Assembly (NCBI GenBank): GCA_964535505.1
Contig: CAZHUH010000002.1
Span: 52,814-116,813 of the forward strand
DNA: 64,000 nucleotides
From: an uncultured Oscillospiraceae bacterium
GTDB lineage: Bacteria; Bacillota; Clostridia; Christensenellales; CAG-314
Direction of reading: 5' to 3'
The notes below the pieces were generated by a model that was not told where the DNA came from, did no database searches, and saw nothing but the letters and a program-made list of their open reading frames with translations. Below are positions 56,386 to 64,000 of the stretch, piece after piece (positions within the stretch are counted from its first letter, which is position 1; each line of letters begins with the position of its first letter). Made by a program: the position numbers and the translations under genes.

Positions 56386-57228
56386 TTAAGTTGGCAAATC
56401 GAGGGTAATTTTGCCCAATTTGCCTTTGCGAAAATCGTCCAAAATGGCTTTGGCGCAACGTTCGGAATCTATTTCGCCGCCACGCAGTAAAAAACCGCGC
56501 TTGGTGGCAATCTCTTCAAAAAGCTGTTGCGAAGTTTTGTCCACCGAATTTGCTTTGTATCGCTCGGCAATGCTGTTTGGATACAATTGCGAAAGCGTTT
56601 TGAGCAATGTTTGCGAAACGTCCAAAATGTCCACCACGTCGTCTTTTATGCTGCCGATAAAGCAAAGTTCGTAGGCGGTTTGCTCGTTTTCGAATTTCGG
56701 CCAAAGTGTGCCGGGGGTATCCAAAAGTTCCAAACCGGTTTTGAGCCGCACCCACTGTTTGCCCTTGGTAACGCCGGGTTTGTCGCCTGTGATTACGGCT
56801 TTTCTACCCGAAAGACAGTTGATAATTGTGGATTTTCCGCAGTTAGGCACCCCCAAAATGAGACAACGCGTGGGTTTGAAAACGCCTTTTTTTTGCTGTT
56901 TTGCTCTGATTTCTGCCGTTAAATCGAAAAGAGCGTTGGTTATTTTGCTTGCCTCGGCGGAGGCCGTTGCCGTAAGTTTTACAAAGGGTTTGCCGCTGTT
57001 TTTGAAATAGGCGCACCATTTTTCCACCTTGACGGAATCTGCCAAATCGCACTTGTTCAAAATAAAAAGGCATGGTTTTGCCCCCACAAGTTTGGTAAAC
57101 TCGGGGTTGAAACATGCCGCAGGTGCGCGCGCATCCAAAACGTAGCCCACTGCGTCTATTATTTTGACGTTTTCTTCCATCATGCGCATGGCTTTTGTCA
57201 TGTGCCCCGGAAACCATTGAATACTCAT
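56386..57228 (-). CDS. rbgA: Ribosome biogenesis GTPase A (YlqF/RbgA, circularly permuted GTPase)
   Basis: MSIQWFPGHMTKA start. Permuted motifs are present: NKCDL, then GVPNCGKST, then DTPG. Confidence 0.95.
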   Translation of the reverse strand: MSIQWFPGHMTKAMRMMEENVKIIDAVGYVLDARAPAACFNPEFTKLVGAKPCLFILNKCDLADSVKVEKWCAYFKNSGKPFVKLTATASAEASKITNALFDLTAEIRAKQQKKGVFKPTRCLILGVPNCGKSTIINCLSGRKAVITGDKPGVTKGKQWVRLKTGLELLDTPGTLWPKFENEQTAYELCFIGSIKDDVVDILDVSQTLLKTLSQLYPNSIAERYKANSVDKTSQQLFEEIATKRGFLLRGGEIDSERCAKAILDDFRKGKLGKITLDLPT

Positions 57229-57315
57229 TTTTGTGCCCTATACTTTTTTTTGAACGAGTTAGTAAGCAGTGCTATGTAAAAAGTTCCGCGCTAAATTTTT
57301 TAGTTGATATTTAGG

Positions 57316-58005
57316 TTATTTTGTGTGTTTTCCGTTGTCTTCAAGCAAATCGGGACGATTTTTTTGCGTTATTTCCAGCGATTTTTGCTTGCGCCATTCG
57401 TCCACATTTTGGTGGTTGCCGGAAACAAGCACTACGGGCACTTTGTGTCCCAAAAAATCCGACGGGCGAGTGTACTGCGGATATTCCAATAACAGCTGCG
57501 AAAAAGATTCGTCCACCGTGCTTTGGCTATTGCCCAAAACGCCGTGAACGTAGCGCAAAACGGTGTCTATCACTACCATTGCGGGCAGTTCTCCGCCTGA
57601 CAAAACGTAGTCGCCGATGGAAAGTTCCATGTCGATATCCATATCCAACACACGCTGATCCACTCCTTCGTAGTGTCCGCACAAAAGCAACAAATGTTGT
57701 TCTTCCGAAAGTTGTTTTGCCAAACTTTGCGTAAGCACTTTGCCGCGCGGCGAAAGGAAAATGCGCTTTGCCGAGTGGGTTGGATCTACAGCCGAAATGC
57801 AATCGTGAATGGGCTGTGGCATCATAACCATGCCTGCGCCACCGCCGAAAGGTGCATCGTCGCACTTTTTATGCTTGTCTTGCGAATAATCGCGAATGTT
57901 GTGGCAATGCAGCTCAAACAAACCATTTTCTTTGGCGCGACCGATAAGGGAAAAATCCAACGCCGCGAACATTTCGGGGAAAAGCGTCAAAACGTCAATC
58001 TTCAT
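57316..58005 (-). CDS. trmD: tRNA (guanine37-N1)-methyltransferase
   Basis: MKIDVLTLFPEMF start and a SPOUT knot region (...LLCGHYEGVDQRV...SIGDYVLSGGE). It overlaps the rimM stop. Confidence 0.96.
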   Translation of the reverse strand: MKIDVLTLFPEMFAALDFSLIGRAKENGLFELHCHNIRDYSQDKHKKCDDAPFGGGAGMVMMPQPIHDCISAVDPTHSAKRIFLSPRGKVLTQSLAKQLSEEQHLLLLCGHYEGVDQRVLDMDIDMELSIGDYVLSGGELPAMVVIDTVLRYVHGVLGNSQSTVDESFSQLLLEYPQYTRPSDFLGHKVPVVLVSGNHQNVDEWRKQKSLEITQKNRPDLLEDNGKHTK

Positions 58006-58495
58006 ACAACGCCACCTCCGCAAAACGTGCCGCTCCAAGCACAATTCGCTTGCTTGAAAGGTTCACTTCTACAACCAAATCTTTCAAAAAGGGAAAGGAA
58101 ATTTCTTTTTCGGCGTTTTTACAAACGTAAACGTCGGCGGCGCCGTATTGCAAAACATCCGTTACGGTACCAACCGTTTGACCGTCATCCAAAACAACGC
58201 TGCAACCCAAAACGTCGTCAATAAAAAATCTGCCGTCGTCCAGTTGCAAATCGTCCTTTTCGCACAAAATTTTGCAACCGCGTGCCTCTTCCGCACTGTT
58301 TCTGTCGCAAATATCGGCAAAACGGACATAGAAAAAGCCGCCGTCACAACGAATTTTTACAACGTCGTGCGGTGTGCTTTCAAGAAACAATTTCCTTACG
58401 TTTTTGAGCATTTCGGGGCTATCCAGCGTGCAAGAAGCCTTCATTTCCCCCTTGATGCCCTGCGCTTTTACTACTTTTCCTATGGTGATTTTCAT
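57995..58495 (-). CDS. rimM: 16S rRNA processing protein RimM
   Basis: ITIGKVVKAQGIKGEMK N-terminus and a PRC-barrel C-terminus are present. Confidence 0.93.
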   Translation of the reverse strand: MKITIGKVVKAQGIKGEMKASCTLDSPEMLKNVRKLFLESTPHDVVKIRCDGGFFYVRFADICDRNSAEEARGCKILCEKDDLQLDDGRFFIDDVLGCSVVLDDGQTVGTVTDVLQYGAADVYVCKNAEKEISFPFLKDLVVEVNLSSKRIVLGAARFAEVALYED

Positions 58496-58542
58496 AGTTT
58501 TTGCGGTGTTTTCGGTGCCGAAAAGGCATGAAGTGGCGGAAA

Positions 58543-58773
58543 TCAGTCGGCAATTTCGATGTTATACTTTTTACCGGTTTTTTGCCCGACGGCCTTTGCC
58601 AAAGTGCGAATGGACATGGCGATTTTGCCTTGTTTGCCGATAACCTTGCCGACGTCGTTTTCGGCAACGTTGATGGTGATTGTTTCCACCTCTTCGCCAT
58701 TGTCGGTAACGATGTTTACGGAAGATTTATCCTCAACAAGTTCATTTACAATACATTTTACAAGTTCTACCAT
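58543..58773 (-). CDS. KH-domain RNA-binding protein (YlqC-like)
   Basis: 76 aa with the VGKVIGKQGK GxxG loop. It lies between rpsP and rimM. The ORF track extension was rejected. Confidence 0.9.
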   Translation of the reverse strand: MVELVKCIVNELVEDKSSVNIVTDNGEEVETITINVAENDVGKVIGKQGKIAMSIRTLAKAVGQKTGKKYNIEIAD

Positions 58774-58790
58774 TGTTTGCGCACCTTTTA

Positions 58791-59045
58791 TTATTTGCCT
58801 TGACGGGGCTGCAAAACGTTTTTGCGAACAAGCAACGTGCGAACAGATTCGGTAGGTTGAACGCCACAATCGATCCATTTCTTCGCCTTGTCGGCGTCGA
58901 GGTTCAAATCTTCCGTCAAAGGATTGTAGGTTCCGATAAGGTCTACGTATTGTCCGTCACGTGCCTTGTGACTGTCGATAACTACAATGCGATAGAAAGG
59001 ATTTTTTTTGTCTCCCATTCTTGTCAATCTCATTTTTACTGCCAT
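58791..59045 (-). CDS. rpsP: 30S ribosomal protein S16
   Basis: MAVKMRLTRMGDKKNPFYRIVV is the canonical S16 N-terminus. Confidence 0.97.
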   Translation of the reverse strand: MAVKMRLTRMGDKKNPFYRIVVIDSHKARDGQYVDLIGTYNPLTEDLNLDADKAKKWIDCGVQPTESVRTLLVRKNVLQPRQGK

Positions 59046-59335
59046 TTTTGTGTTCCTCCAAATGTAATTTGTTTTATTGTTTAGCATGCCGAAAATTGTT
59101 TGGCAAGCATTGCTAACTTGTGTGTTGCTTGTGGCAAAATATCAATTTTTGTTGATACGTATCAAAGAAATAGTATCACAAACCATTTTTTTGCTGTTTT
59201 TGATAGCCGTTGTTTTTGACAAAAAACTGTTTGAAAGCGTTTTTGCCTAATTGCTGTAAAATATGGCTTTTGTTCTGCAAAACTTCAGCGGCATCTTTTT
59301 GCCGAATCGGCAAATGATTAACACCGTTTTCGCAA

Positions 59336-60646
59336 CTAGAAAGGCATCTTTTTGTTTTTCATAAAGCTCTTCATCATGTCGCGAGTTTGTTCAAATTGTT
59401 TTACCAAAATGTTTACGTCCTGCACCTTCACTCCCGAACCCGCGGCAATGCGTTTCCTGCGCGAATAGTTCAAAATTTTGGGGTTGGAGCGTTCTTCCTG
59501 CGTCATAGAAAGAATAATTGCGCGATTGCGTTTCAACTGCGCTTCGTCTACCTTTTTGTCTTTCAGTTTAAGTTTGTTGGCGCCGGGCAACATATCCACA
59601 ATGCTGTTTAGATCGCCCATTTTGCCCATTTGTTCGTATTGATCCAAAAAGTCGTTCAAATCGAAGGTGGATTCCTTCATCTTCTTTGCCAACTTCATGG
59701 CTTTTTCTTCGTCGATTGCCGTTTGCGCGCGTTCGATAAGCGTCAAAACGTCGCCCATACCCAAAATTCGCGATGCCATTCTGTCGGGATAGAAAGGCTC
59801 CAAATCCTCGGGTTTTTCGCCCGTGCCGCAGAACTTGATGGGTTTACCGGTAACGGCTTTTATTGAAATGGTTGCGCCGCCGCGCGTGTCGCCGTCTAAC
59901 TTTGTCATGATAACACCGGTAATATCCAACTGTTCATCGAAAGTTTTTGCAACGGTAACGGCGTCTTGCCCAGTCATACTGTCCACCACCAACAACGTTT
60001 CGAAAACGTTTACGGCTTTTTTGATGGATTTCAACTCGTCCATCAATTCCTGATTGATGTGCAAACGACCTGCCGTGTCGATAATCACGGTGTCGAAACC
60101 ATTCTTTTCGGCAAATTTTACCGCCTGTTCGGCAATTATTGTGGGGTTGCTTTGCCCCATTTGGAAAAAACCTGCCTTAACTTTGGCGGCAACTATTTCC
60201 AACTGCTTTATTGCCGCGGGGCGATAGATATCGTCGGCGCACAACAGCACTTTTTTGCCTTGCTTTTGCAAGAAAAACGCCAATTTGCCGCACATTGTGG
60301 TTTTGCCTGCGCCTTGAAGTCCGCACATCATAATGATTGTGGGAAGTTTTGGCGAAACGCCCAGTTTGCTTTGCGTAGAGCCCAAAAGTTGAATGAGTTC
60401 TTCATTGACGATTTTGATAACTTGCTGGCCGGGAGTTAGGCTTTTGAGTATTTCTTCGCCAACGGCTTTTTCCGTTACCCTATTGATAAACTCTTTGGCA
60501 ACGGTGAAGTTGACGTCGGCTTCCAACAACGCCACACGCACTTCGCGCATAGCTTGTTTTATTTCCAACTCTGTCAGCGCGCCGCGGTTTTTCAACTTGG
60601 AAAACACGTGATTTATTCTGTCCGTTAAGTTTTGAAATGTAGCCAA
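59336..60646 (-). CDS. ffh: Signal recognition particle protein Ffh
   Basis: The NG domain (GLQGAGKTT, DTAGR, TKLDG) and a Met-rich M domain are present. Confidence 0.98.
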   Translation of the reverse strand: MATFQNLTDRINHVFSKLKNRGALTELEIKQAMREVRVALLEADVNFTVAKEFINRVTEKAVGEEILKSLTPGQQVIKIVNEELIQLLGSTQSKLGVSPKLPTIIMMCGLQGAGKTTMCGKLAFFLQKQGKKVLLCADDIYRPAAIKQLEIVAAKVKAGFFQMGQSNPTIIAEQAVKFAEKNGFDTVIIDTAGRLHINQELMDELKSIKKAVNVFETLLVVDSMTGQDAVTVAKTFDEQLDITGVIMTKLDGDTRGGATISIKAVTGKPIKFCGTGEKPEDLEPFYPDRMASRILGMGDVLTLIERAQTAIDEEKAMKLAKKMKESTFDLNDFLDQYEQMGKMGDLNSIVDMLPGANKLKLKDKKVDEAQLKRNRAIILSMTQEERSNPKILNYSRRKRIAAGSGVKVQDVNILVKQFEQTRDMMKSFMKNKKMPF

Positions 60647-60650
60647 AGCA

Positions 60651-60956
60651 CTACTCCTTTTCTACAAATTTTTGGGCAAGTTCGGCAACTTTGCCGCTTT
60701 CGCCCGATTGAACGGCAACGCTTACGTCTTTTACAAATTCAGCCAAATGCAAACACTCTTCCAACCTTTCAAAGGCGGCTTCCGCCTTCAAAATTGCGTC
60801 GCGTACCCCTTGCCGCGTGATATTTTTTTCCGCACTAATTTCCGTTAGGGTGCAGTCGCAATCGCAATACATTGTGAGAATTTCGCGCTGCGTTTCGGTA
60901 AGCAATTTGCCGTAGACGGAAAGCATTTGAGATAACTGAATTTTGGTAAGAGCCAT
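60651..60956 (-). CDS. ylxM: YlxM/UPF0122 putative helix-turn-helix protein
   Basis: 101 aa with ...YGKLLTETQREILTMYCDCDCTLTEISAEKNITRQGVRDAI... (sigma-70 region-4-like). It lies upstream of ffh. Confidence 0.9.
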   Translation of the reverse strand: MALTKIQLSQMLSVYGKLLTETQREILTMYCDCDCTLTEISAEKNITRQGVRDAILKAEAAFERLEECLHLAEFVKDVSVAVQSGESGKVAELAQKFVEKE

Positions 60957-60968
60957 CGATTTTTCCTC

Positions 60969-61133
60969 AAAAACAGTTCAAAAGGCAACTTTTGCCGTTG
61001 CCTCCGGGAATTATAAAGCACTATTCCATTAAAAAAACAACTTCAAAGGAAACCGGTGCCACGACTTCGTGGCGTTTGCAAAGCATTTTTGCATTATAAA
61101 AACAGTTCAAAAGGCAACTTTTGCCGTTGCCTC
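60969..61133. repeat. Two exact 36-bp direct repeats (60969-61004 and 61098-61133), each containing a GGCAAC/GTTGCC hairpin
   Basis: AAAAACAGTTCAAAAGGCAACTTTTGCCGTTGCCTC occurs twice with a 129-bp period. The second copy is followed by T7 on the plus strand. Confidence 0.9.
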
Positions 61134-61422
61134 GTTTTTTTGTAAAGTACTTTTGCTTTAACGAAGATATTTTAACTTATTTTGAATAGTATGTCAAGCA
61201 AATTTTGACGCCATTTGCATATTTATGTGTGAAAATGCGACGTTGACAAATATGTGAATTTGCCGTTGTCGATTGCGTTTGTTGTTTGTTGCGTTGCGGT
61301 AATTATGTTTGAGTTGCGTTGCCGATGTTTGCGCAACTTGGCAAGGTTTCAAAAAGTTATTTCAATGTGTATTTGGACTTCGTGCTGTTGTTTTCGGTGC
61401 AGTTTTTACTTTGAATGTCGTT

Positions 61423-63843
61423 TCAACCGCCTATAAGTTTGTAAATTACAATGTCGTCTTGTTGTCCAGCGGCGTAGCAGGAAAAGCTACCTACGGTGGC
61501 GTTGTAGCGCAGTTGATTTCCATCGTGGCTTAATTGAGAAACTATTGCTGCGTTGCCGAACACATCTATTTCTATCGTCCAAGGGGCAAGAGAAATCTCT
61601 GAAGAAATTGCCAATCCGTTGTCCGTTGAGCAAATGTAGCCATCGTTGTTTTCGTCATAAAACGCCCACAAGCCGTTTACAACGCCGCTTAGCAACGTGA
61701 ACTTTTGTACGGCAAAATTCGGCTCAACCAAATTGTTGCCGCTTTTTGCAATTTCCGTTTGAGCTCTGCCGCTGCTGTTTTTCTCAATGGACAAAGCAAA
61801 ATTGTAGTATGTTGCCGCAATTATCACCGTATCGCCCGAAGAAAGTGTGCTTACGTCCGTTACAAGCACCCACGTTTCGCCGGCATCCGCTGCTGTCTCC
61901 GTTTCCAACGTAATTGTTGTGTCACCTAAAACCGTGCCTGTGTAAACGCCATCGGCAGAAACGACAACTTCTATGCCGTTAACGGAAACTTTGGTGAGGG
62001 TGTAGCCGTTGTCCACGACCACTTTGAATGTGAATGTTGTGCCGTCGGTACCGCAATTTGTGCTTAAATCAATAACGGTCGCATTTCCAGAGGAACGGGT
62101 GTCAACGGAAATTGTGTGAAGTTCCGCCAAAGTTTGGGCGCAAATGTCGCAAATGCCGTCGGAGTTGACATCGGTATGCGAAATTGGCGCAACAACAAGT
62201 TCTGACGCGGAGATTTCGCTTTTCGTTGTGTCATCTCCGACAAAAAGTTTGTGGCAAACAGTACACTCAAAGTGTTCTTTCATGCCATTTTGCGTGCAAG
62301 TTGGGGATTCTGCCTCCTGAAACACAAAATTGTGCGGCAATGGCGCAAGGTCGTCGATTTTTGTTTGGTTGCACACCATGCACGAAAAAGTTATTACGCC
62401 GTTTTGGGAGCATGTGGGTTGGGAGATAACCGTGCCGTTATCCCAAGAGTGCCCTACTTCCGCAATTTGTTGGTAGGTTGAGTAGTCGCAGCGAGTGCAA
62501 GTTTTGTAGGCGTTCCACCCCACTTCGGTGCAAGTGGGCGATTTTGCGCTGTGCGAAACGATATCGTGTCCGAGAGACGCGATTTCTTGCTGTGCCACAA
62601 GAATTTCTCCGCAAATTGCGCAATGTTTGCCTTCCGTTTTGCCTGCTGTTGTGCAAGTGGGAGCAACGGCTTGGTCGAAAACTTCAGTGTGCTCCAATGC
62701 CGCAATTTGTTGGTAGGTTGAGTAGTCGCAACGTGTGCAAGTTTTGTAGGCGTTCCACCCAACTTCGGAACAAGTGGGAGATTGTGCTTTGTGTGTAAGC
62801 AAATTGTGCCCAAGAGCAGCAAGCTGTTCCGCCTTGTTCTGCCCGCAAGCACTGCAATGAAATGCTTTTGAGCCATTTTCGGTGCATGTCGGTTCTTTAA
62901 TGATTCTGCCGCTGTCCCAACTGTGCCCGAGCGCAGGGGTTTCTTGCTGAGCAACCAACACGACATTACAAACAGAGCAGAACTTGCCCTCCGTTTTGCC
63001 GTTTTCCGTGCAAGTTGCGGCAACCGCCGAAATTGTTTGCACAGTGTGCCCTTTTGCGGCAATTTGTTGATAGGTTGAGTAGTCGCAACGTGTGCAAGCT
63101 TCATAAGCGTTCCACCCAACTTCAGTGCAAGTGGGCGATTTTGCGTCGTGAAAAACCAAGTTGTGCCCAAGAGCAGGCGTTTCCGATTGCGCAACCAAAA
63201 CAGCTTTGCAAACTGCGCAGTACTTGCCTTCCGTTTTGCCTGCTGTTGTGCAAGTGGGTGCAACGGCTTGGTCGACAACTTCAGTGTGCCCAAGCGCCGC
63301 CAATTCTTCCCTTTGCAGCAAAACACCGCAAAGGGTACATTCTTTGTGTTTGCTGCCAATCGCCGTGCAAGTTGGCTCTACGTCCACTATCCATTCGCTT
63401 GCGGTGTGCTCACGCAACGGTTCTTGCGAGGTTTCCTTTTCGCCGCATAGGGAACAAATGTGTTCCATTTCGCCAAATTCTGTGCATGTGGAGGCTCTGG
63501 TTGTTGTCCATTCTCCGAAAAGGTGCGCTGCCAAAATATCGAGTTGCTCCGTTTTGGTTTGTCCGCAAACATTGCAAGTGAAAGTTACTTCTGCGCCGAC
63601 AGTGCACGTTGCGCCTTGCGTAACTTCACCGTTATTCCAACTGTGCTCAGTTTTTGCGACAACTTCCCTTTTTGTTTCGCCACACTTGGTGCACACGGAA
63701 GTGAGTTCTCCCTCTGCCGTGCAAGTGGCAATCTTTGTGATGGCAAATTCCGACCAAATGTGCTTACAGTTGCACGCGGCAAATGCGAGTAAAGCAACAG
63801 ACAAAACAAAAACAACAATCGACATCCGTAAAATCTTTTTCAT
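61423..63843 (-). CDS. Large secreted protein or lipoprotein with 13 tandem His/Cys3 modules, a Listeria-Bacteroides-type repeat-like segment and an unassigned C-terminal beta-rich domain
   Basis: 806 aa with an AAGGAGAA SD. The signal peptide is MKKILRMSIVVFVLSVALLAFAAC. There are 13 repeats of the pattern H-x10-12-[AP]TC[TS]-x2-G-x6-C-x2-C. Near-identical 70-bp DNA segments lie at 62461-62530 and 62701-62770. Confidence 0.85.
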   Translation of the reverse strand: MKKILRMSIVVFVLSVALLAFAACNCKHIWSEFAITKIATCTAEGELTSVCTKCGETKREVVAKTEHSWNNGEVTQGATCTVGAEVTFTCNVCGQTKTEQLDILAAHLFGEWTTTRASTCTEFGEMEHICSLCGEKETSQEPLREHTASEWIVDVEPTCTAIGSKHKECTLCGVLLQREELAALGHTEVVDQAVAPTCTTAGKTEGKYCAVCKAVLVAQSETPALGHNLVFHDAKSPTCTEVGWNAYEACTRCDYSTYQQIAAKGHTVQTISAVAATCTENGKTEGKFCSVCNVVLVAQQETPALGHSWDSGRIIKEPTCTENGSKAFHCSACGQNKAEQLAALGHNLLTHKAQSPTCSEVGWNAYKTCTRCDYSTYQQIAALEHTEVFDQAVAPTCTTAGKTEGKHCAICGEILVAQQEIASLGHDIVSHSAKSPTCTEVGWNAYKTCTRCDYSTYQQIAEVGHSWDNGTVISQPTCSQNGVITFSCMVCNQTKIDDLAPLPHNFVFQEAESPTCTQNGMKEHFECTVCHKLFVGDDTTKSEISASELVVAPISHTDVNSDGICDICAQTLAELHTISVDTRSSGNATVIDLSTNCGTDGTTFTFKVVVDNGYTLTKVSVNGIEVVVSADGVYTGTVLGDTTITLETETAADAGETWVLVTDVSTLSSGDTVIIAATYYNFALSIEKNSSGRAQTEIAKSGNNLVEPNFAVQKFTLLSGVVNGLWAFYDENNDGYICSTDNGLAISSEISLAPWTIEIDVFGNAAIVSQLSHDGNQLRYNATVGSFSCYAAGQQDDIVIYKLIGG

Positions 63844-64000
63844 TAGATTTTCTCCTTTTGTAGTTTAAAAAACAAAGGGCCGAAAATAAATGTTGGGAGC
63901 GAAAATTCAGCATTGCAAAATTTCCGCAAAACGTGTTTTGGGGCGTTTGTTCACATTTTTGCTACATCGTATATGCAAATTTTGCATTTTGTGCGCCACA

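Noticed and set aside
62454-63359. 301-aa alternative-frame ORF inside the repeat lipoprotein gene, and similar plus-strand ORFs at 63015-63868
   Set aside because: These are frame-shifted echoes of the tandem DNA repeat (K/R/L/T-rich). The main frame has a signal peptide, an SD and a coherent H/C3 repeat pattern.

Overview
All calls were made by eye from the sequence and ORF track; no database or covariance-model search was run. The window is about 44-46% GC and looks like a core chromosomal region of an endospore-forming Bacillota (Clostridia-like) genome. From about 4.4 kb to 63.8 kb essentially every gene is on the minus strand. The gene order joins several blocks that are conserved in Bacillus and Clostridium:
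- ylxM-ffh-rpsP-KH-rimM-trmD, then rbgA, a 2H phosphoesterase, rnhB, yraN and rplS
- comM-like gene, dprA, topA, trmFO, hslV, hslU
- rseC-like gene, trxA and an Rrf2/iscR-nifS-nifU cluster
- ruvX, DUF1292, then rpsB-tsf-pyrH-frr-uppS-cdsA-dxr-rseP-ispG
- rimP-nusA-ylxR-ylxQ-infB-rbfA-nrnA-truB-ribF
- an endonuclease IV-like gene, an M24 peptidase and efp
- a complete spoIIIAA-AH operon
- asp23-like gene, nusB, folD, xseA, xseB, ispA

The plus-strand end holds pepO, a small XRE regulator and tRNA-Val. A tRNA-Leu sits at the extreme left on the minus strand. No transposase, integrase, CRISPR array or rRNA was seen.

The observations most worth a second look are:
1. An ORF-free, highly structured stretch of about 0.65 kb lies between ispA and a 4-TM membrane protein, which is the published genomic context of OLE RNA and OapA.
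2. At the position where polC normally sits there is only a 547-558 aa protein. It looks like the PolC N-terminal region plus an OB fold plus a DnaQ-like exonuclease domain whose catalytic residues are substituted. It has no PHP or polymerase domains.
3. A multi-stem leader of about 140 nt, with an SD-sequestering alternative pairing, lies upstream of a 67-aa ORF that is translationally coupled to uppS.
4. An 806-aa secreted or lipoprotein carries 13 tandem His/Cys3 modules.
5. A DUF1292 protein carries duplicated Cys/His/Asp-rich tails.
6. The tRNA-Val 3' end is repeated 165 bp downstream, like an att scar. There is also a candidate sRNA, a tRNA-Leu with an A34 (AAG) anticodon, and several dispersed or tandem intergenic repeats.
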